DNA of 64,000 bases, from positions 74,710,001 through 74,774,000 of the forward strand of contig OX597816.1 of assembly GCA_951406725.2 (NCBI GenBank), in the 5' to 3' direction. This document shows, piece by piece, positions 45,134 to 59,772 of this stretch; within the stretch, counting starts at the first letter, position 1; the number at the start of each line of letters is the position of its first letter. The notes under the pieces are model-generated. The model saw only the letters and a list, made by a program, of their open reading frames with translations, searched no databases and was not told the origin of the DNA. The position numbers and the translations under genes were made by a program. This DNA comes from Octopus vulgaris (Eukaryota).

Positions 45134-45857
45134 AGAAATTGCAGAGAAAGCAGTTAAGTGAACTGCACTTGTAATTTCAAAGCTCTAGCTTTATATTTAG
45201 CCTTGTGTCACGCTGATCCTCCTCGAGAATAACGTTAAATGCGCACGTGACTGTAGAATGTTGACGCCATGCAAGTTAATTCGGGAACAGCTAATTCACT
45301 AAGCCGGGCAATTGGATCTCTATCATTGAACTACGGAGATCTACCACTACCATCAGTGTTCATATGAGAGAGATTTGACTGTTATTTTTTAGTAGATCAA
45401 TATCTATGTGTTAGTAGAGGGTTGGGGGTTACACAAAATAATGAAATTGACAATATGTATATTTATAAAACTGAGACTCAAACTGATTCTGAGTTATTTA
45501 TACCAAGTGGACTATGCTACCATAAACTATATGAAGTCCAGGACCATTATGTATATTATATAGTTGATAAAGGAAACGGAAGATGGATTTAGTGCGAATC
45601 TTTACCCATCTTCCGCTTCCTTTATCAACTAAAACTCAACAAATATTGCGGATTTCCTGACCATCGATCGAATAAAAAAGTTATAGTTTCAATTTTATAC
45701 TGTTTCTCTTTTAATAGCTTCACTCTTTTACTGTTTCACTTTTAATAGTTTCATTTTTATATTATTTCACTTAATAGTTACACTTCTATTCTTTCCCTTT
45801 TAATAATTTCACTATGTATACACACACACACAAACACACACACACAGACACACACAC

Positions 45858-45935
<78 letters not shown>

Positions 45936-46065
45936 ATATATGTGCATATATATGTGTGTGTATATATGTGTATATATATGTGTACATATAAGTATGTGCG
46001 TATATATATATATATGTGTGTATGCATATTTGTGTATATATATATGTATATATATATATATGTAT

Positions 46066-46130
<65 letters not shown>

Positions 46131-46136
46131 AATATA

Positions 46137-46193
<57 letters not shown>

Positions 46194-46200
46194 GTACATC

Positions 46201-46235
<35 letters not shown>

Positions 46236-46252
46236 GTATGTATATGTATATG

Positions 46253-46299
<47 letters not shown>

Positions 46300-46463
46300 A
46301 TGTAGGAGTGTCTGTGTGGTAAGTAGCTTGCTTACCAACCACATGGTTCCGGGTTCAGTCCTACTGCGTGGCATCTTGGGCAAGTGTCTTCTACTAGAGC
46401 CTCGGGCCGACCAAAGCCTTGTGAGTGGATTTGGTAGACGGAAACTGAAAGAAGCCCGTCGTA

Positions 46464-46553
<90 letters not shown>

Positions 46554-46591
46554 TGTACAAATATATGTACAAATATATATATACATATATA

Positions 46592-46691
<100 letters not shown>

Positions 46692-46884
46692 TATGCACAT
46701 GCTTGTATATATATATATATATATATATCTATAGATATTTATGTTTACCTATATATGTGTATATATATATTTATATGATAAGACGCCACCATTCTTTAAC
46801 AAACCAAAAATCAGATTATAAATACACCGGATTCCAAAACACAACGTTACAAGCGAAAGTTCCTTCACACGACGGAAAGATATC

Positions 46885-47210
46885 AGGTCGACTTTGCCTT
46901 TCATCCTTTCGGGGTCGATTAAATAAGTACCAGTTGCGCACTGGGGTCGATATAATCGACTTAATCCGTTTGTCTGTCCTTGTTTGTCCCTTCTGTGTTT
47001 AGCACGTTGTGGGTAGTAAAGAAATAGGCATTTCGTCTGCCGCTGCGTTCTGAGTTCAAATTCCGCCGAGGTCGACTTTGCCTTTCGTCCTTTCGGGGTC
47101 GATTAAATAAGTACCAGTTGCGCACTGGGGTCGATATAATCGACTTAATCCGTTTGTCTGTCTTTGTTTGTCTCTTCTGTGTTTAGCACCTTGTGGGCAA
47201 TAAAGAATTA
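46885..47210 (+). mobile_element. SINE family C tandem dimer (also a multi-unit stack at 56705-57459)
   Basis: Units joined at gaaatagg/.atttcgtctgcc. Confidence 0.85.
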
Positions 47211-47214
47211 AGAT

Positions 47215-47600
47215 GGCGCGCGCAGTGGCTTGATCTTCTCGCTAACTTTTGGCAGGTTTCCATATAGGTATTCATTTGTCGTATGTTGCTACCGTTTCAC
47301 ATTTAGAGCTATTCATAGCATCCTTGTGTGATATCCATTTAGCCCGCTTGATAACTTCTCTGCCAGTGTCCATGTTTCACTGCCATAAAATAGCACTGAT
47401 TCCACAGTTACAATGAACAGCTTAATTTTGATCTACCTCAACAATTTGTAATTCCAGACTTTCTTTAGTTTGTAACAGGCTGTCGATACTTGTGCCTTCC
47501 TGATCTTAATGTCTGCTTCCGAACCACTCACCTAAGTACTTGAAATCTTCAGCAATATTCAATTTGAAACTGCTCAAAGCAAACAGATCTTATCTTTCAA
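47215..47600 (-). mobile_element. RTE-clade LINE RT C-terminal fragment
   Basis: EDFKYLG...DIKIRKA...KLKKVW...KIKLFIVTVESVLFYGSETWTL...GYHTRML...TNEYLYGNLPKVSEKI with stops. Confidence 0.85.
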
Positions 47601-47722
47601 CCAATCAAATGATACAGAACTGTTTGCTTTGAGCAGTTCCAAATTGAATGCTGCTGATATTAGTTAATGGTAAATTTTTTTTTCTTTACATTAAAATAAT
47701 GTGGAGTGTGTATTCAAGATAT

Positions 47723-48108
47723 GTTGTTGGCACTCCGTCGCTTACGACGACGAGGGTTCCAGATGATCCGATCAACGGAACAGCCTCCTCGTGAAATTAA
47801 CGTGCAAGTGACTGAGCACTCCACAGACACGTGTACCATTAACGTAGTTCTCAGGGATATTCAGCGTGACACATAGTGTGACAAGGGTGGGCCTTTGAAT
47901 TACAGGCACAACAGAAACAGGAAGTAAGAGTGAGAGAAAGTTGTGGTGAAAGAGTACAGCAGGGTTCGCCACCATCCCCTGCCGGAGCCCTGTTGGAGCT
48001 TTAGGTGTTTTCGCTCAATAAACACTCACAACGCCCGGTCTGGGAATCGAAACCGTGATCCTATGACCGCGAATTCGCTGCCCTAACCACTGGGCCATTG
48101 TGCCTCCA
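47723..48108 (-). mobile_element. SINE family B, tail type 1, full length
   Basis: Reverse complement of head ggaggcacaatggcccagtggttagggcagcg through tail cgtaagcgacggagtgccaacaac. Confidence 0.88.
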
Positions 48109-48162
48109 CATTCAAGATATAACTATGAACTTAACAATGTTAAAAAGTTTCTATGTCTGAAA

Positions 48163-49908
48163 TCTCTCTATATAAAACTGAGAATGTGTGTGTCTGTCTG
48201 TCTGTGTGTTTCCCTAAAACTTGAGAACTACAGAACCAATTTCATTCAAATTTTACACATATCTTACTTAGGGTCCATGGAGTGTCATGGGCAAAACAAA
48301 TTTTTAATTTTTGCCGAGGGCGAGCCCACAGCAATATCATATCTTCTCCACTATGATTCCCTAAAACTTGAGAACTACACAACCAATTTCATTCAAATTT
48401 TACACATGCCTTACTTCGGGTCCATGTAGTGTCATGGGCAAAAAAATATTCAACTTCTTGCCTAGGGCGAGCCCAGAGCAATATCATATCTTTTCCACTA
48501 TTTCAGTATTACGTGTTAAAAGTGAAACAAAAACATCTCTCTATTTTATGTCAGATACGTTCACTTTAACAATAAAAATTAGAGATAGTAATAACAATTG
48601 AATTATATGCAGTAAGTAATAATTAAAATCAAACTAAAGTATAATATAATAATTAAATCGTAACATAATTAAAAGTAAAAATAGCATTTGGTATAAAATT
48701 GCATCAACGACTTGAACTTGAATAAGAGGTTTCACATGAATGAGAATAAATTAAAAATAAAATTAAAGTGCAGAAATGGAATAGTCCAGATGGAGCTGTG
48801 CACATACCCTTTACCACGGCTTTTACATTTGATTATCTGCTAATTACCTAGCATTAAGTATCTATATGAAGTTTGGCTGTTTGTAATGTCTGTTTTCTCG
48901 AACAGACGCTTCTACTGAGTACTGCTGTTGGTTTATTTCTGATCCATAAAGGACTATAGCTTCAACTGAGTACTGCTTTTTGATTCACTGTAAGGTTTGT
49001 TGTTATTATTATTACTGTTTAACTATTGTTATCACGTTTGTTGGTTCCTCGTAAGGGAAGCGTTGTTGTGTTGCATTTGTTAAATAATTGTAAACCATAA
49101 CCCTCCCCCTTTGGGAGAAGGAGCTTTAGTTATTGTTTAAAAATTGAATTGTGTCCCTGCTTGGGGAAATTGACAATATTTTCACCGTTTACACGGAAGC
49201 ATTTTTGTTAAAATGTCTTCGATAGAAGAAAGTCCAAAAATGAATTTCCTTGCAGCCGTCGGCGGGCGCGAACTCATTAAAATTAAAATGGAAGAAATAC
49301 AAGCCTATTTCGGATTGATCACCGACAAAGACGGTGAATCTAGGATAACACCACTAAACGAAATAAAAAATTAAATTAAAGAAAAGATTATTGTCTATAA
49401 AGTATACAATGTAGAGAAAAAAAAAGATTTGAACACCTGGAGGAAAGCACCGTTGAAAAGTGTCTTGGGGCAACTATGAAAGATATCAAGTATCTAACCA
49501 GAGGCGGTAAAATCGCCACAATAGAAGCAAGATTCGAGTCAACGGAGCGTGCAAGGGAAAACTCGACTCGAACCTTGCAAAGTGGAAATATTTTATTTTT
49601 ACCTTTATATCTGGGACGTAGGACGTCCCGGATAAAAATTTAAAATGTCCCCCCAGAAGTAGAGGTAAACTGGATAGTAGCCACACTTCTATACAAGAGG
49701 GAGGACAAGATATAATTGATCGAAATTACAAGAGACGGGCCTACAATTCCAGTCTGTTATATATTTTGAGTATTGTTATCACTAGCGATATCAAGATATA
49801 ACTTTGTAATTTGTATTTTATCTGTAGATATATATATATAGATGTACATGTAATATGTACATATATATATATGCACTATGACCCGGCGTTGCCGGGTCAT
49901 AATGCTAG
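48163..49908 (+). mobile_element. Probable non-autonomous Helitron
   Basis: 5' A|TCtctctatataaaa; 3' hairpin tatgacccggc-gtt-gccgggtcata then CTAG|T; A/T junction with no TSD; internal ~147-bp tandem duplication at 48208-48502. Pairing of the two ends is inferred. Confidence 0.65.
49212..49752 (+). pseudogene. Degenerate L1/Tx1-type ORF1-like fragment inside the Helitron
   Basis: KIIVYKVYN...VEKCLGATMKDIKYLTRGGKIATIEARFESTERARE...LPLYLGRRTSRIKI*NVPPEVEVNWIVATLL; resembles RRM-type LINE ORF1; frameshift and stops. Confidence 0.5.
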
Positions 49909-49966
49909 TTATTAATAAAAAAAAGCTCATTATTAGTTGATTAAACAAAAACAAAAACAAACTGAC

Positions 49967-50065
49967 CTTCATCGGAATTGTCGAAACAATCATTGACACC
50001 GTCGTTGAATAATATTTTTTTAATGCAGGTTCCATTTTGGCAAGGTAGTTTGCCTTTCCCACAAC
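49967..50065 (-). CDS. Internal coding exon (99 bp, phase 1-1), LDL-receptor class A module, 4-Cys variant
   Basis: Minus strand tttttttgtactttcag|GT TGT GGG...GAT GAA G|gtcagt; translates CGKGKLPCQNGTCIKKILFNDGVNDCFDNSDE with the LDLa CxNGxCI...DC.D.SDE signature; canonical splice sites, length divisible by 3. Not in this frame in the ORF track. Confidence 0.9.
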
Positions 50066-52154
50066 CTGAAAGTACAAAAAAAGAAACTCATCAGTCAGAG
50101 ATTAATTAAAAGTACATCATTGAAATATGAATCTATGTAATATCTGCAACAGAAAATTCAGAAATGCAATTCATGTGAAGCGAAGCATGAAAATAGTAGC
50201 ATAGTTATCTTAGTTAAATACAGAAGTATTTTTGGTAAGAAATTGAATATAGAGACGCAGGTATGGTCGTGTGGTTATGTAGGTATGATGCTTTAAAACC
50301 AAGGCATTTCGGCATTCATCCACAAAGCGATATATTGAGTATAAGTTCTGAGTTATAGATATACTGCAGAATTCCATATACGTAATACAGTGAATTGGAA
50401 AAATAAACTTCGACTAGCTGACATACATACTAAACACAGACACAGACACACACACATACCCACGCACGCACACATATGTATACGTCGGGCTTCCACATAG
50501 TTTCCGTCTACCAAATAAATTCACTCACAAGGTATGGATCAACCCGAGGCTATAGTAGAAGACACTTGCCCAAGATGTCACGTAATAAGTTCGCTTTGCA
50601 ACCACGCGGTTGCAAAGCGAACTTATTGAAATAAATATCTAACGATCGCTTTTCATGTGTACCTTAAATTCAGAAACCTAGAAAGACATTTTAATGTTTT
50701 AAACTTGTTGCTCTCTACTCGGGCAATTCCAACAACAATAATAATTTTTTTAAAAACTACTGAGGATATAATGTGCTTAAAATTAAAAGGAAGATTCTGG
50801 AAGATTGCCAGTGTATGATAGCTAATATAAATACAACACTGGTAGCGTCTGACAAAATCTTCATTGATATTTCAGTTTGATATAATGTTTATTTCTAGAG
50901 CGCAAAGCCAGAGAAAAGGAATGCGTTTAGTACGAGGGTTAGCTGATAAACCCAACTCAATAAAAATGTTAGTCATTTAGTTGGAAGTCGATAAACTGGA
51001 GAAATATGCCTCTTTGGGATATGAATTTTGGATGAATCTTACTCCATTCATCTATCCATCTTCTCCGCTCACTATTCCTGGAAGGGTTGTGTGAGTAGAG
51101 TCCTCGGATAATTTCTCAAGGAGGCCCTATCGGAAGCAACCATCATTACACTCTCCAGCTGGATTTCCAAGTGTGACCAATTAAGTCTATGGATAGTATC
51201 CAACCTCCTCATTCTTGGTCCATCGCTTGATCTTCAGCTTGTTGGCTCGGTTTTTTTTTTGTTTTATTTTTGTTTTCTTGCTAAGTTTCATCAGATGAAG
51301 GACAAACTGTAAGATCATAATAGAAAAAAATGAACGACAGGATAAATTGTTGTTATTCAATCACATGTCACAGTAACGTTAACGATACTGGAAAATTCTC
51401 CCTTCCCCTTCTCAATATTCGTGGTTTAGCCTAGAACCCACAGATCACGTATTCTAATACACTAACCGCACATCCTCTCCTAACCTCTTATCTAGGGCAC
51501 ATTTCTACTGTCTAGGTTATACTCTTTATTCCAAATTCACTCTAAAAGATCGTGTCTGTACATATGTATAATCCTCTCTTCCAATCATTCACCTTTATTT
51601 CTACCTTTATGTCAACTACAGACTTCTAATGACTCTCATTCAAAGCCTTCGAATTTACTTGACTTTGATCTGCATCCCCTTACAAATCTCACCACTTCCA
51701 CCAGTCTCTACACTAAGTATAATTAATTTATGCAGACGTTACCTGTCTAGCATGAACAAAGTTATTGACACCAACACCACCAAAACAATGCTTTCCTTAT
51801 TTTCCTCTTCCCTTTCTTTCACCATTCTATATATGTACATTTCTTTCTCCTCTCCCCTTCCTTATTACATACTTTTGTTTCTTTCTTTATATGCCTAAAA
51901 ATAAATCACACCTGCTTTGCAACAACTACGCCTCACTAACAAAGTGAACCAAAATGTATATAAAAAGCTTGGAAAATGAAAAAAAGAATTAAACTTTCAA
52001 GTCTGATGAAAGTAAATGAGCCAAAACTTTAAAGTCACTTCCAATCTTTTTTCTTGAAAAATTAAAATAAATGTTATATTTTACTTAAATATATTGAGAT
52101 ATCTTTCAGTTAATGATTCACTGCTTTTATACATTAAAACAAACAACATTGCAT

Positions 52155-52254
<100 letters not shown>

Positions 52255-52407
52255 TTTGCTCTTTACTCTTTTACTCTTTTACTTGTTTCAGTCATTCGAC
52301 TGTGGCCATGCTGGAGCACCGCCTTTTAGTCGAGCAAATCGACCCTAGGACTTATTCTTTGTAAGCCTAAAACTTATTCTATCGGTCTCTTTTGCCGAAC
52401 AGCTAAT

Positions 52408-53069
52408 AAGGTAATGGATGACTCGTCCGAGAACATAACATTCTTCCACTGTTCTAGGGAGCAATTCTGTAGGTTTTTACTTCACTCTAAACGCTTTGCA
52501 ACGTTTATTTTTGCAAGTAGTGGTTTTCTGATTGCAGCCCTCCCTTGAAATCCAGATTTATGCAGCTCCCGACGATCAGTTTTTTGTGGAAACTGGGTTC
52601 TCAAGGTGGTCATTAAGCTCTGCAATAAGTTTGGGTGCTGTACTTTTGTGATCCTTTCTAACAATTTGCGTAAGAGTCCGACGGTCCCTATCTGAAAGTT
52701 TTCGTTTTCTTCCGTAGTTTTGTTTCGACAAGGAGGGTTTTCCCTCTTTCTGAAAGGGTATTATTACTTTCGAGACAGTACTTCTTGATACACTAAACAT
52801 TTCGGCTGTTTCGTTACGCTAGCGCCTGTCATACGAGCACCAACAATTTGACCTCTTTGAAAGTCCGATAGATCTGTCATTTTAATGAATTTTAATTACC
52901 TTTTTCTGATGATATCTGAAAAGAAACAGCAATTTTAGCAAAACATATTAAGCAACGCTAATAATAAATCAAAAAACAAAAATGAACAAGCTTTTTGCGG
53001 TTTTATAGATATTTCAAAACTATGGTACTATGATGCTAGGTGTTTCCATTATATTTTGTCCAACACCTG
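52408..53069 (-). mobile_element. Tc1-like transposon, left TIR and N-terminal half
   Basis: TA-caggtgttggacaaaatataatggaaacacc; MTDLSDFQRGQIVGAR...VSRSTVSKV...GRKRKLSDRDRR...AIRKPLL...WKNVMFSDES. Confidence 0.9.
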
Positions 53070-53828
53070 TATATATATATATATATAATAAACGCACAAA
53101 CAAACGGAAAACAGACACAGATAACCAAATCGTCATCAGTTTAAAGCCAGAGTGTCAAACGCAATTTTGCACCCAGCAACAAGCGATGGTAAGAAAAAAA
53201 GGGGAAAAGACTGAGAATTTGAAAATTAAGGATTCAGACAAGGCTGTATATTATTTCCTAGTCTATATAAGCTAGACAATGAAATCATCAGAATTCATAG
53301 GTCCTCTTGACCAGAAGTGTCAATCGAACGTATGGACATCAACAGCCTTTGGTATGCAGAAAGTACAACCTCAATAAACTTCCATCAAAGGAACCTACAA
53401 ATCCTTGTAACTATAGACAAAGAAATGCTTTGTGGACTGGAAATGGGAGCAATTAAAACTTAATCAATGGTAATTATCCAGAAGAAACAGCCACCCAAAA
53501 TAATACTCTAACTGAAAGAAAGCCAAGTGAATAGACATGACGAAAGATAACATACATTGACGGATGAAACGAAAAACTAGACAGGATTAAAATACAGTGA
53601 ATGTGAGGACAGCAGAAGAAGGATAGCGAAGGTGACCCAAGGTTTTTACCGAAGGAAAATACATGGTGATGATGATGAGAAGGAGGAGGAGGAGGAGGAG
53701 GGAATGGCTAGCATATATATGTGTGTATGCGTGTGAGTGTACATATTTATATGTACGTATACACATATGCATGTATGTGTATATATATATATATGTGTGT
53801 GTGTTTGTATGTATATATATATATATAT

Positions 53829-54065
53829 CATCATCATCATCATCATCATCATCATCGTTTAACGTCCGTTTTCCGCGCTAGCACGGGTTGGACAGTTTGA
53901 CCGGGGTCTGGGGAGTCAGGGGCTGCCCCAGGCTCCAGTCTGATCTGGCAGTGTTTCTACAGCTGGATGCCCTTCCTAACGCCAACCACTCCGCGAGTGT
54001 AGTGGGTGCTTTTTACGTGCCACCTGCACAGGTGCCAGAGGGGTCTGGCATCGGCCACGATCGGT
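53829..54065 (-). mobile_element. SINE-like repeat with Nin-domain-like motif and (GAT)n tail
   Basis: Minus strand ggttggcgttaggaagggcatccagctgtagaaac (recalled Nin/Inv domain signature) and tail ggaaaacggacgttaaac(gat)n. Confidence 0.6.
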
Positions 54066-54548
54066 TATTGCCTTTTTTCGTTGCATTGCGGCAGGGGGAG
54101 GGTTCCGGCAGAGAGAAAATGGAGGGGGTGTGCATGTAATATAGGGGAGCACCAGTGGGGAAGGTTTGGGGTAAAGAGAAACGATGACAGGTAGGGTTGG
54201 TGGCAGGTTCTAGACAGAATGAAAAGTAGGAAGTAAAACGTAGGATATCACGAGTGGGGGAGGGGGCTGGAAGGAGATAGCCGGTTGAGGCAGTGACACA
54301 TTTCAAAACAGGAGGAACATAAGATAACAGGTTAAGTGGGACGTTTGATGAGCTGCGGCGCTAGCTGCTTCTGTCTAGGGGGAGAGAGGCAGGGGTAAAT
54401 ACATAGTGAGAAAGTATATTGAGGAGGAGGGGTAGGAGGAACAGACACACGTAGTGGTGGCGGTGGTAGAGGGGATATCCGGTGAGGATGGTGTAAACAG
54501 AGTGTTCTCCGATATGGGTGGTGGGTGTGGGAAAGGGCGGGCGAACCA

Positions 54549-55214
54549 CGAATGGCGGGCTGCGAAGATTTTGATTGGGGACAGTAGTGATAAAGACTTA
54601 AGCAATCGGGGTTTGAAGAAATGAACAGAGTAACGAACGAATTAACTAATTAACTTGGTACCAAGGGGTTAAACAAATTAAAGGGTTATATTTTAAGAAC
54701 AAGCAGAATTAGTGAATAGATTCGAACATTTAAGGGTTAGCGGCAAATGTATGTGTGTAGTACAAGAGTCGGAAGAAATGAAATGAGAATTCTTAGCTTG
54801 CTTGCTTGCTATGATCATCGCTGTGTGGTCAAGAAAGGGTGAATGAAAGAGAAGCACGAGGTGATAATTTATATAGGTTCACCGGAAGTGGGTTGGAAAG
54901 ACGGAAGTTTTGATTGAAGACAGGACAGTACAGTAATGGCGGAGGACGAACGAAATATCTTCATACCGAGGCATTTTTAAAAAATTAAAGAATTTTGAGG
55001 AGGAAAGATCACGCAGGTTAGCGAATGGCGGGCTGCGAAGATTTTGATTGGGGACAGTAGTGATAAAGACTTAAGCAATCGGGGTTTGAAGAAATGAACA
55101 GAGTAACGAACGAATTAACTTGGTACCGAGGGGTTAAACAAATTAAAGGGTTATATTTTAAGAACAAGCAGAATTAGTGAATAGATTCGAACATTTAAGG
55201 GTTAGCGGCAAATG

Positions 55215-55218
<4 letters not shown>
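54549..55218. repeat. ~200-bp near-identical direct repeat (54549-54753 and 55022-55218)
   Basis: cgaatggcgggctgcgaagattttg...gggttagcggcaaatgtatgt twice, ~473 bp apart; second copy abuts (TA)n. Confidence 0.9.
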
Positions 55219-55266
<48 letters not shown>

Positions 55267-55402
55267 TACGTATGTATGCGTATGTGCATGTAGCATCTAT
55301 ATATATATATATAGATATAACGTTTTATGTATACATGCGTAAACTATAGGTGTATATAATTATATACATGTATAGTATATAATTTACACACACACGCCTA
55401 GC

Positions 55403-55525
<123 letters not shown>

Positions 55526-55967
55526 TATATCGCTATCGGTATGAACTACGAGTCATTATACATAAATTCGTGTTATTTTCAGTGCAAAATCGTGTTATAA
55601 GTACAGATTGACTGACAATAATTATCTTAACATCTTTTCTTTTAACAGATTGCCATATTTCTCTCACATCGTTCAGAGCAGCTGTTAGTTGTTTCAACAT
55701 TCCCGAGGAAATGCACGGCTTGTAGCATCTTATCTCCCTGACAGTCTGGAACTGCGGCAGAAATAACTTTTTATAGACAGATACATGCATACATACATAA
55801 ATATTGTTTACTGCTCTGTAAACAGATATTTCTTTTTATCGTTTTTGTTGTTGTTCTTGTTTTTAGTTTTTCTTTTATATTGTTTTTCTACTTGAAAATC
55901 CCACCCGTTTGCAAAGTCATTCAATTAATTATTTACTTAAACATAAAAGTTAAATAGTAAATAGATA

Positions 55968-56477
55968 CCGTAAATACTCGAGTATAGTCCGCCCTTGAAT
56001 AGGATACGCAGGGGCTTTTTAGGGGGTCTTAGCTCTGAAAAACCTAAACCTTGTGTATAATACGTACCCCTTCTCTAACTTCAGTCAAGGATATCTATAT
56101 AACGTCCTTGGTTTGTAAAAATGTATACAGTAACGTCCTTTATTATTATTGTATATATAACATAATGCAAACGTGTAGCTTTTTTGTGCATTTTGTTTGC
56201 AGAGAATAAAGAATTAACAGTAATAACGTTTAATAAATGTTGCTTATTGCAAGTTATGGATGATTCTTTTATGACTTCATTGCTTTCAGGCTTAGCTTAA
56301 GGTATTTTCGCGCCCGACATCATAAAATGCGTCTAAATAAACATTGCCGGACAGCAAATAGAGACTCGGACATTTCTTAGAAAATAATTTTCATTTTTAA
56401 CCTCGTATATTGTACGCACTAGGGATTTTGACCTTTAAATTTGGGGGGAAATGCGGATTATACTCGAGGATTTACGG
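55968..56477. mobile_element. Complete MITE, Tc1/mariner superfamily (pogo/Tc2-like CCGTA TIRs), TA TSD
   Basis: TA-ccgtaaatactcgagtatagtccgc ... gcggattatactcgaggatttacgg-TA. Confidence 0.9.
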
Positions 56478-57460
56478 TATGCAAAACTTTAATTGAAAAC
56501 AACTGACTGTGCGGTGGTAACAACCTTAGGGCACGCAGAGACCACCCGGACCTCTTCGCTGTGACTCGACTTGCTATAAATAGTAATCAAGTTCCCGTTT
56601 TCAATAAAGATGAATCACATTCGACCGAATAGGTTAACGATGTTCATTATTACCTGATGGGTGCATTCGTGGTGGCTCAGTAGGTAAAAGGGTGTAGCGT
56701 GGTAAGGCAGTGAGCTGGCAGAAACGTTAGCGCGCCGGGCGGAATGCTTAGCAGTATTTCGTCTGCCGCTACGTTATGAGTTCAAATTCCGTCGAGGTCG
56801 ACTTTGCCTTTCATCCTTTCGGGGTCAATTAAATAAGTACCAGTTACGCACTGGGGTCGATATAATCGACTTAATCCGTTTGTCTGTCCTTGTTTGTCTC
56901 CTCTGTGTTTAGCCCCCTGTGGGTAGTAAGGAAATAGGTATTTCTTCTGCGGTTACGTTCTGAGTTCAATCTCCGCCAAGGTCGACTTTGCCTTTCATCC
57001 TTTCAGGGTCGATAAATTAAGTACCAGTTACGCACTGGGGTCAATGTAATAGACTTAATCCCTTTGTCTGTCCTTGTTTGTCTCTTCTATGTTAACCCCT
57101 TGTGGGCAATAAAAAAATAAGAAACGTTAGCACCCCCGAATCAAAATATTGAGTGGCAATCCGTCCGTGTATATGTTCTGAGTTCAAATTCCGCAGGCGT
57201 CGACTTTGCCTTTTATTATATTTTTTTTTTTCGAGGTCAATGAAATAAGTACCAATGAAGTTCTGGGATCGATGTAATCGAGTAGCCCTTGGCCCCAAAA
57301 TTCCAGGCCTGTTGTAGAAAGGACTATTGACTGATGGCTGTGAGGCAGCAGGTTGGCAGAATCGTTACTGCGCAGGACAAAATGCTTAGCAGCATCTCTT
57401 CCGACTTTAAGCTCGGAGTTAAAATGCCGTTAGGGTTGACTTTGCCTTCCATCATTTCGT

Positions 57461-57916
57461 ACCACCGGCCCAATAGTTTCCCTTCATGACAGAATTAATA
57501 GTCAAGACTATGTAAGCATTTTATCTAATCAAATTTATTCTATGGTTGCGGAAATGTTTCCGGAGGGAAACGCAATCTTTCAGGATGATAATGCACCAAT
57601 TCACACAGCTAAAGTTGTTACTGAATGGCACGAGGAACATTCTATTGAAGTTGAGCATCTTATCTAGCTACCACAGTGCCCAGATCTCAATATTATTAAA
57701 TATTTATGATGCATTTTAGAAAAACAAGTGAGGAGTCGATATCCTTCACCATCATTACTACAAGAACTGGAGACTGTTTTAGCTGAAGAATGGACCAAAA
57801 TTCCTTTGAAAATCATTCAAACTTTGTACGAGTCCATGCCTCGTAGAATTCAAGCTGTAATTACTACCAAAGGCGGTCCTACCCCATATTAAAATAAATG
57901 TGTTTGAAAATTTAAG

Positions 57917-57920
<4 letters not shown>
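57461..57920 (+). mobile_element. Tc1-like transposase C-terminal half, DD36E-type spacing
   Basis: AIFQDDNAPIHTAK...*LPQCPDLNIIK...LYESMPRRIQAVITTKGGPTPY*; 36 codons between the D of DNAP and the expected E position (here AAA). Confidence 0.88.
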
Positions 57921-57985
<65 letters not shown>

Positions 57986-58050
57986 TGATTGATTGATTCT
58001 AGTTTCAGCTCATGAGCTGTGGCCATGCTGGGGCACCGCCATTTATATAT

Positions 58051-58245
58051 ATATTATATTATATTATATTATATTATATTATATTATATTATATTATATC
58101 ATATTGTATTATATTATATTATATTATATTATATTATATTATATTATATTATATTATATTATACTATACTATACTATACTATACTATACTATATTATATT
58201 ATATTATATTATATTATATTATATTATATTATATTATATTATATA
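58051..58245. repeat. (ATATT)n/(ATACT)n pentanucleotide microsatellite
   Basis: Seen directly. The window also has very many (TA)n, (TG)n, (TACA)n, (TAGA)n, (TAG)n, (TAA)n, (CT)n and (GAA)n runs. Confidence 0.95.
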
Positions 58246-58960
58246 TAACCGAAGTCACTGTCGATAATATTCCTCTTAAGGAATAATAAAATAATAAATA
58301 TAATAGCGTGACCCGTGAATATTCCACGGAATTAATCGTAAACTTATAGGATTATTTCTGAAAACTTTATCCAAAAATACTGAAAGTGTAGCCTGTATTG
58401 TGTCTTTATCGATAGTCTCTCATAGTCTCTCATCTGCTATTCATTGAAAAGTGAAGGAAATTGGAATACAATGATAACTTAATGTGCTTTATATATACAC
58501 TTTATATACTTTATGCACAATTTTATAGACTTAATATACAATACCCTCCCTCTTTCTCTCTCTTCACCTTACCCTCTTTTTCTCTTTCCTTTTTCGTTCG
58601 CTCTTCGCCTTTTCCTTCAACTAATTACGTGAAAGCGTTACAGACTGGCTAAGTAGCAGAGAAAAACTTAGTTAAAAAAGCATTACACATTTCACTCACC
58701 ATCTCCTCTCTCTCCCCTTCCTCACTTCTCCGCACCCCTCCCGTCCCCTTTCAACTAATCACGTGGAAGCATTACGGACGGACTAAGTAACGGAGAAACA
58801 AGTAGAAGATATTTATATACATAAACTATTTGTATACACACAAACATATATATTTATATGAATACATACATACTGATAGATGCATATATTTATAGATACA
58901 TAGGCAGAGAGGCGGGCAGGCAGGCAGACAAACAGATAGCTAGCTAGCTAGCTAGCTAGC

Positions 58961-59014
<54 letters not shown>

Positions 59015-59772
59015 CTTTTACTTGTTTTAGTCATGTGACTGTGGCCATGCTGGAGCACTGCCTTTAGTCGAGCAAATCGACCCCAGGACTTATTCTTTGT
59101 AAGCCTAGTACTTATTCTATCGGTCTCTTTTGCTGAACCGCTAAGTTACGGGGACATAAACACACCAGCATCGGTTGTCAAACATATACACACACATGGA
59201 TATATATATATACATATACACGACGGGCTTCTTTCAGTTTCCGTCTACCAAATCCACTCACAAGGCTTTGGTCGGCCCGAGACTATAGTAGAAGACGCTT
59301 GCCCAAGGTGCCAGACAGTGGGACTGAACCCGGAACCATGCGGTTCGTAAGCAAACTTCTTACCACACAGCCACTCCTACGCCTACAATTATTATTGCTC
59401 GTATAGTTTTAGATTACTGATGATATAAAAGTACATTTGTTTGTATGTATTTATAGATAGGTTAATGAGAATATATTAAGAATAGATTTTTTTTAAAACG
59501 GCATACATGGATAGACACATATGTAGCTGGGTATATGAGATCACCACCACATCAGAATTAAAACCAGAATCAGAGCGGAAAAGAAACCATTACAACAGAA
59601 ATAAACTATCGTTTTTCTCTTTTGGTTATATCTTACATGGTTCTTTCACTATAAATCATTTTAGAGTTTCAGCTCTACTGCCCAACCTATAACACGAATT
59701 GTAAATATCAGGATCAGGATCATCATCATCATCATCACCATCGTCCTAGTCATCATCAGCAGCAGCAGCGTC

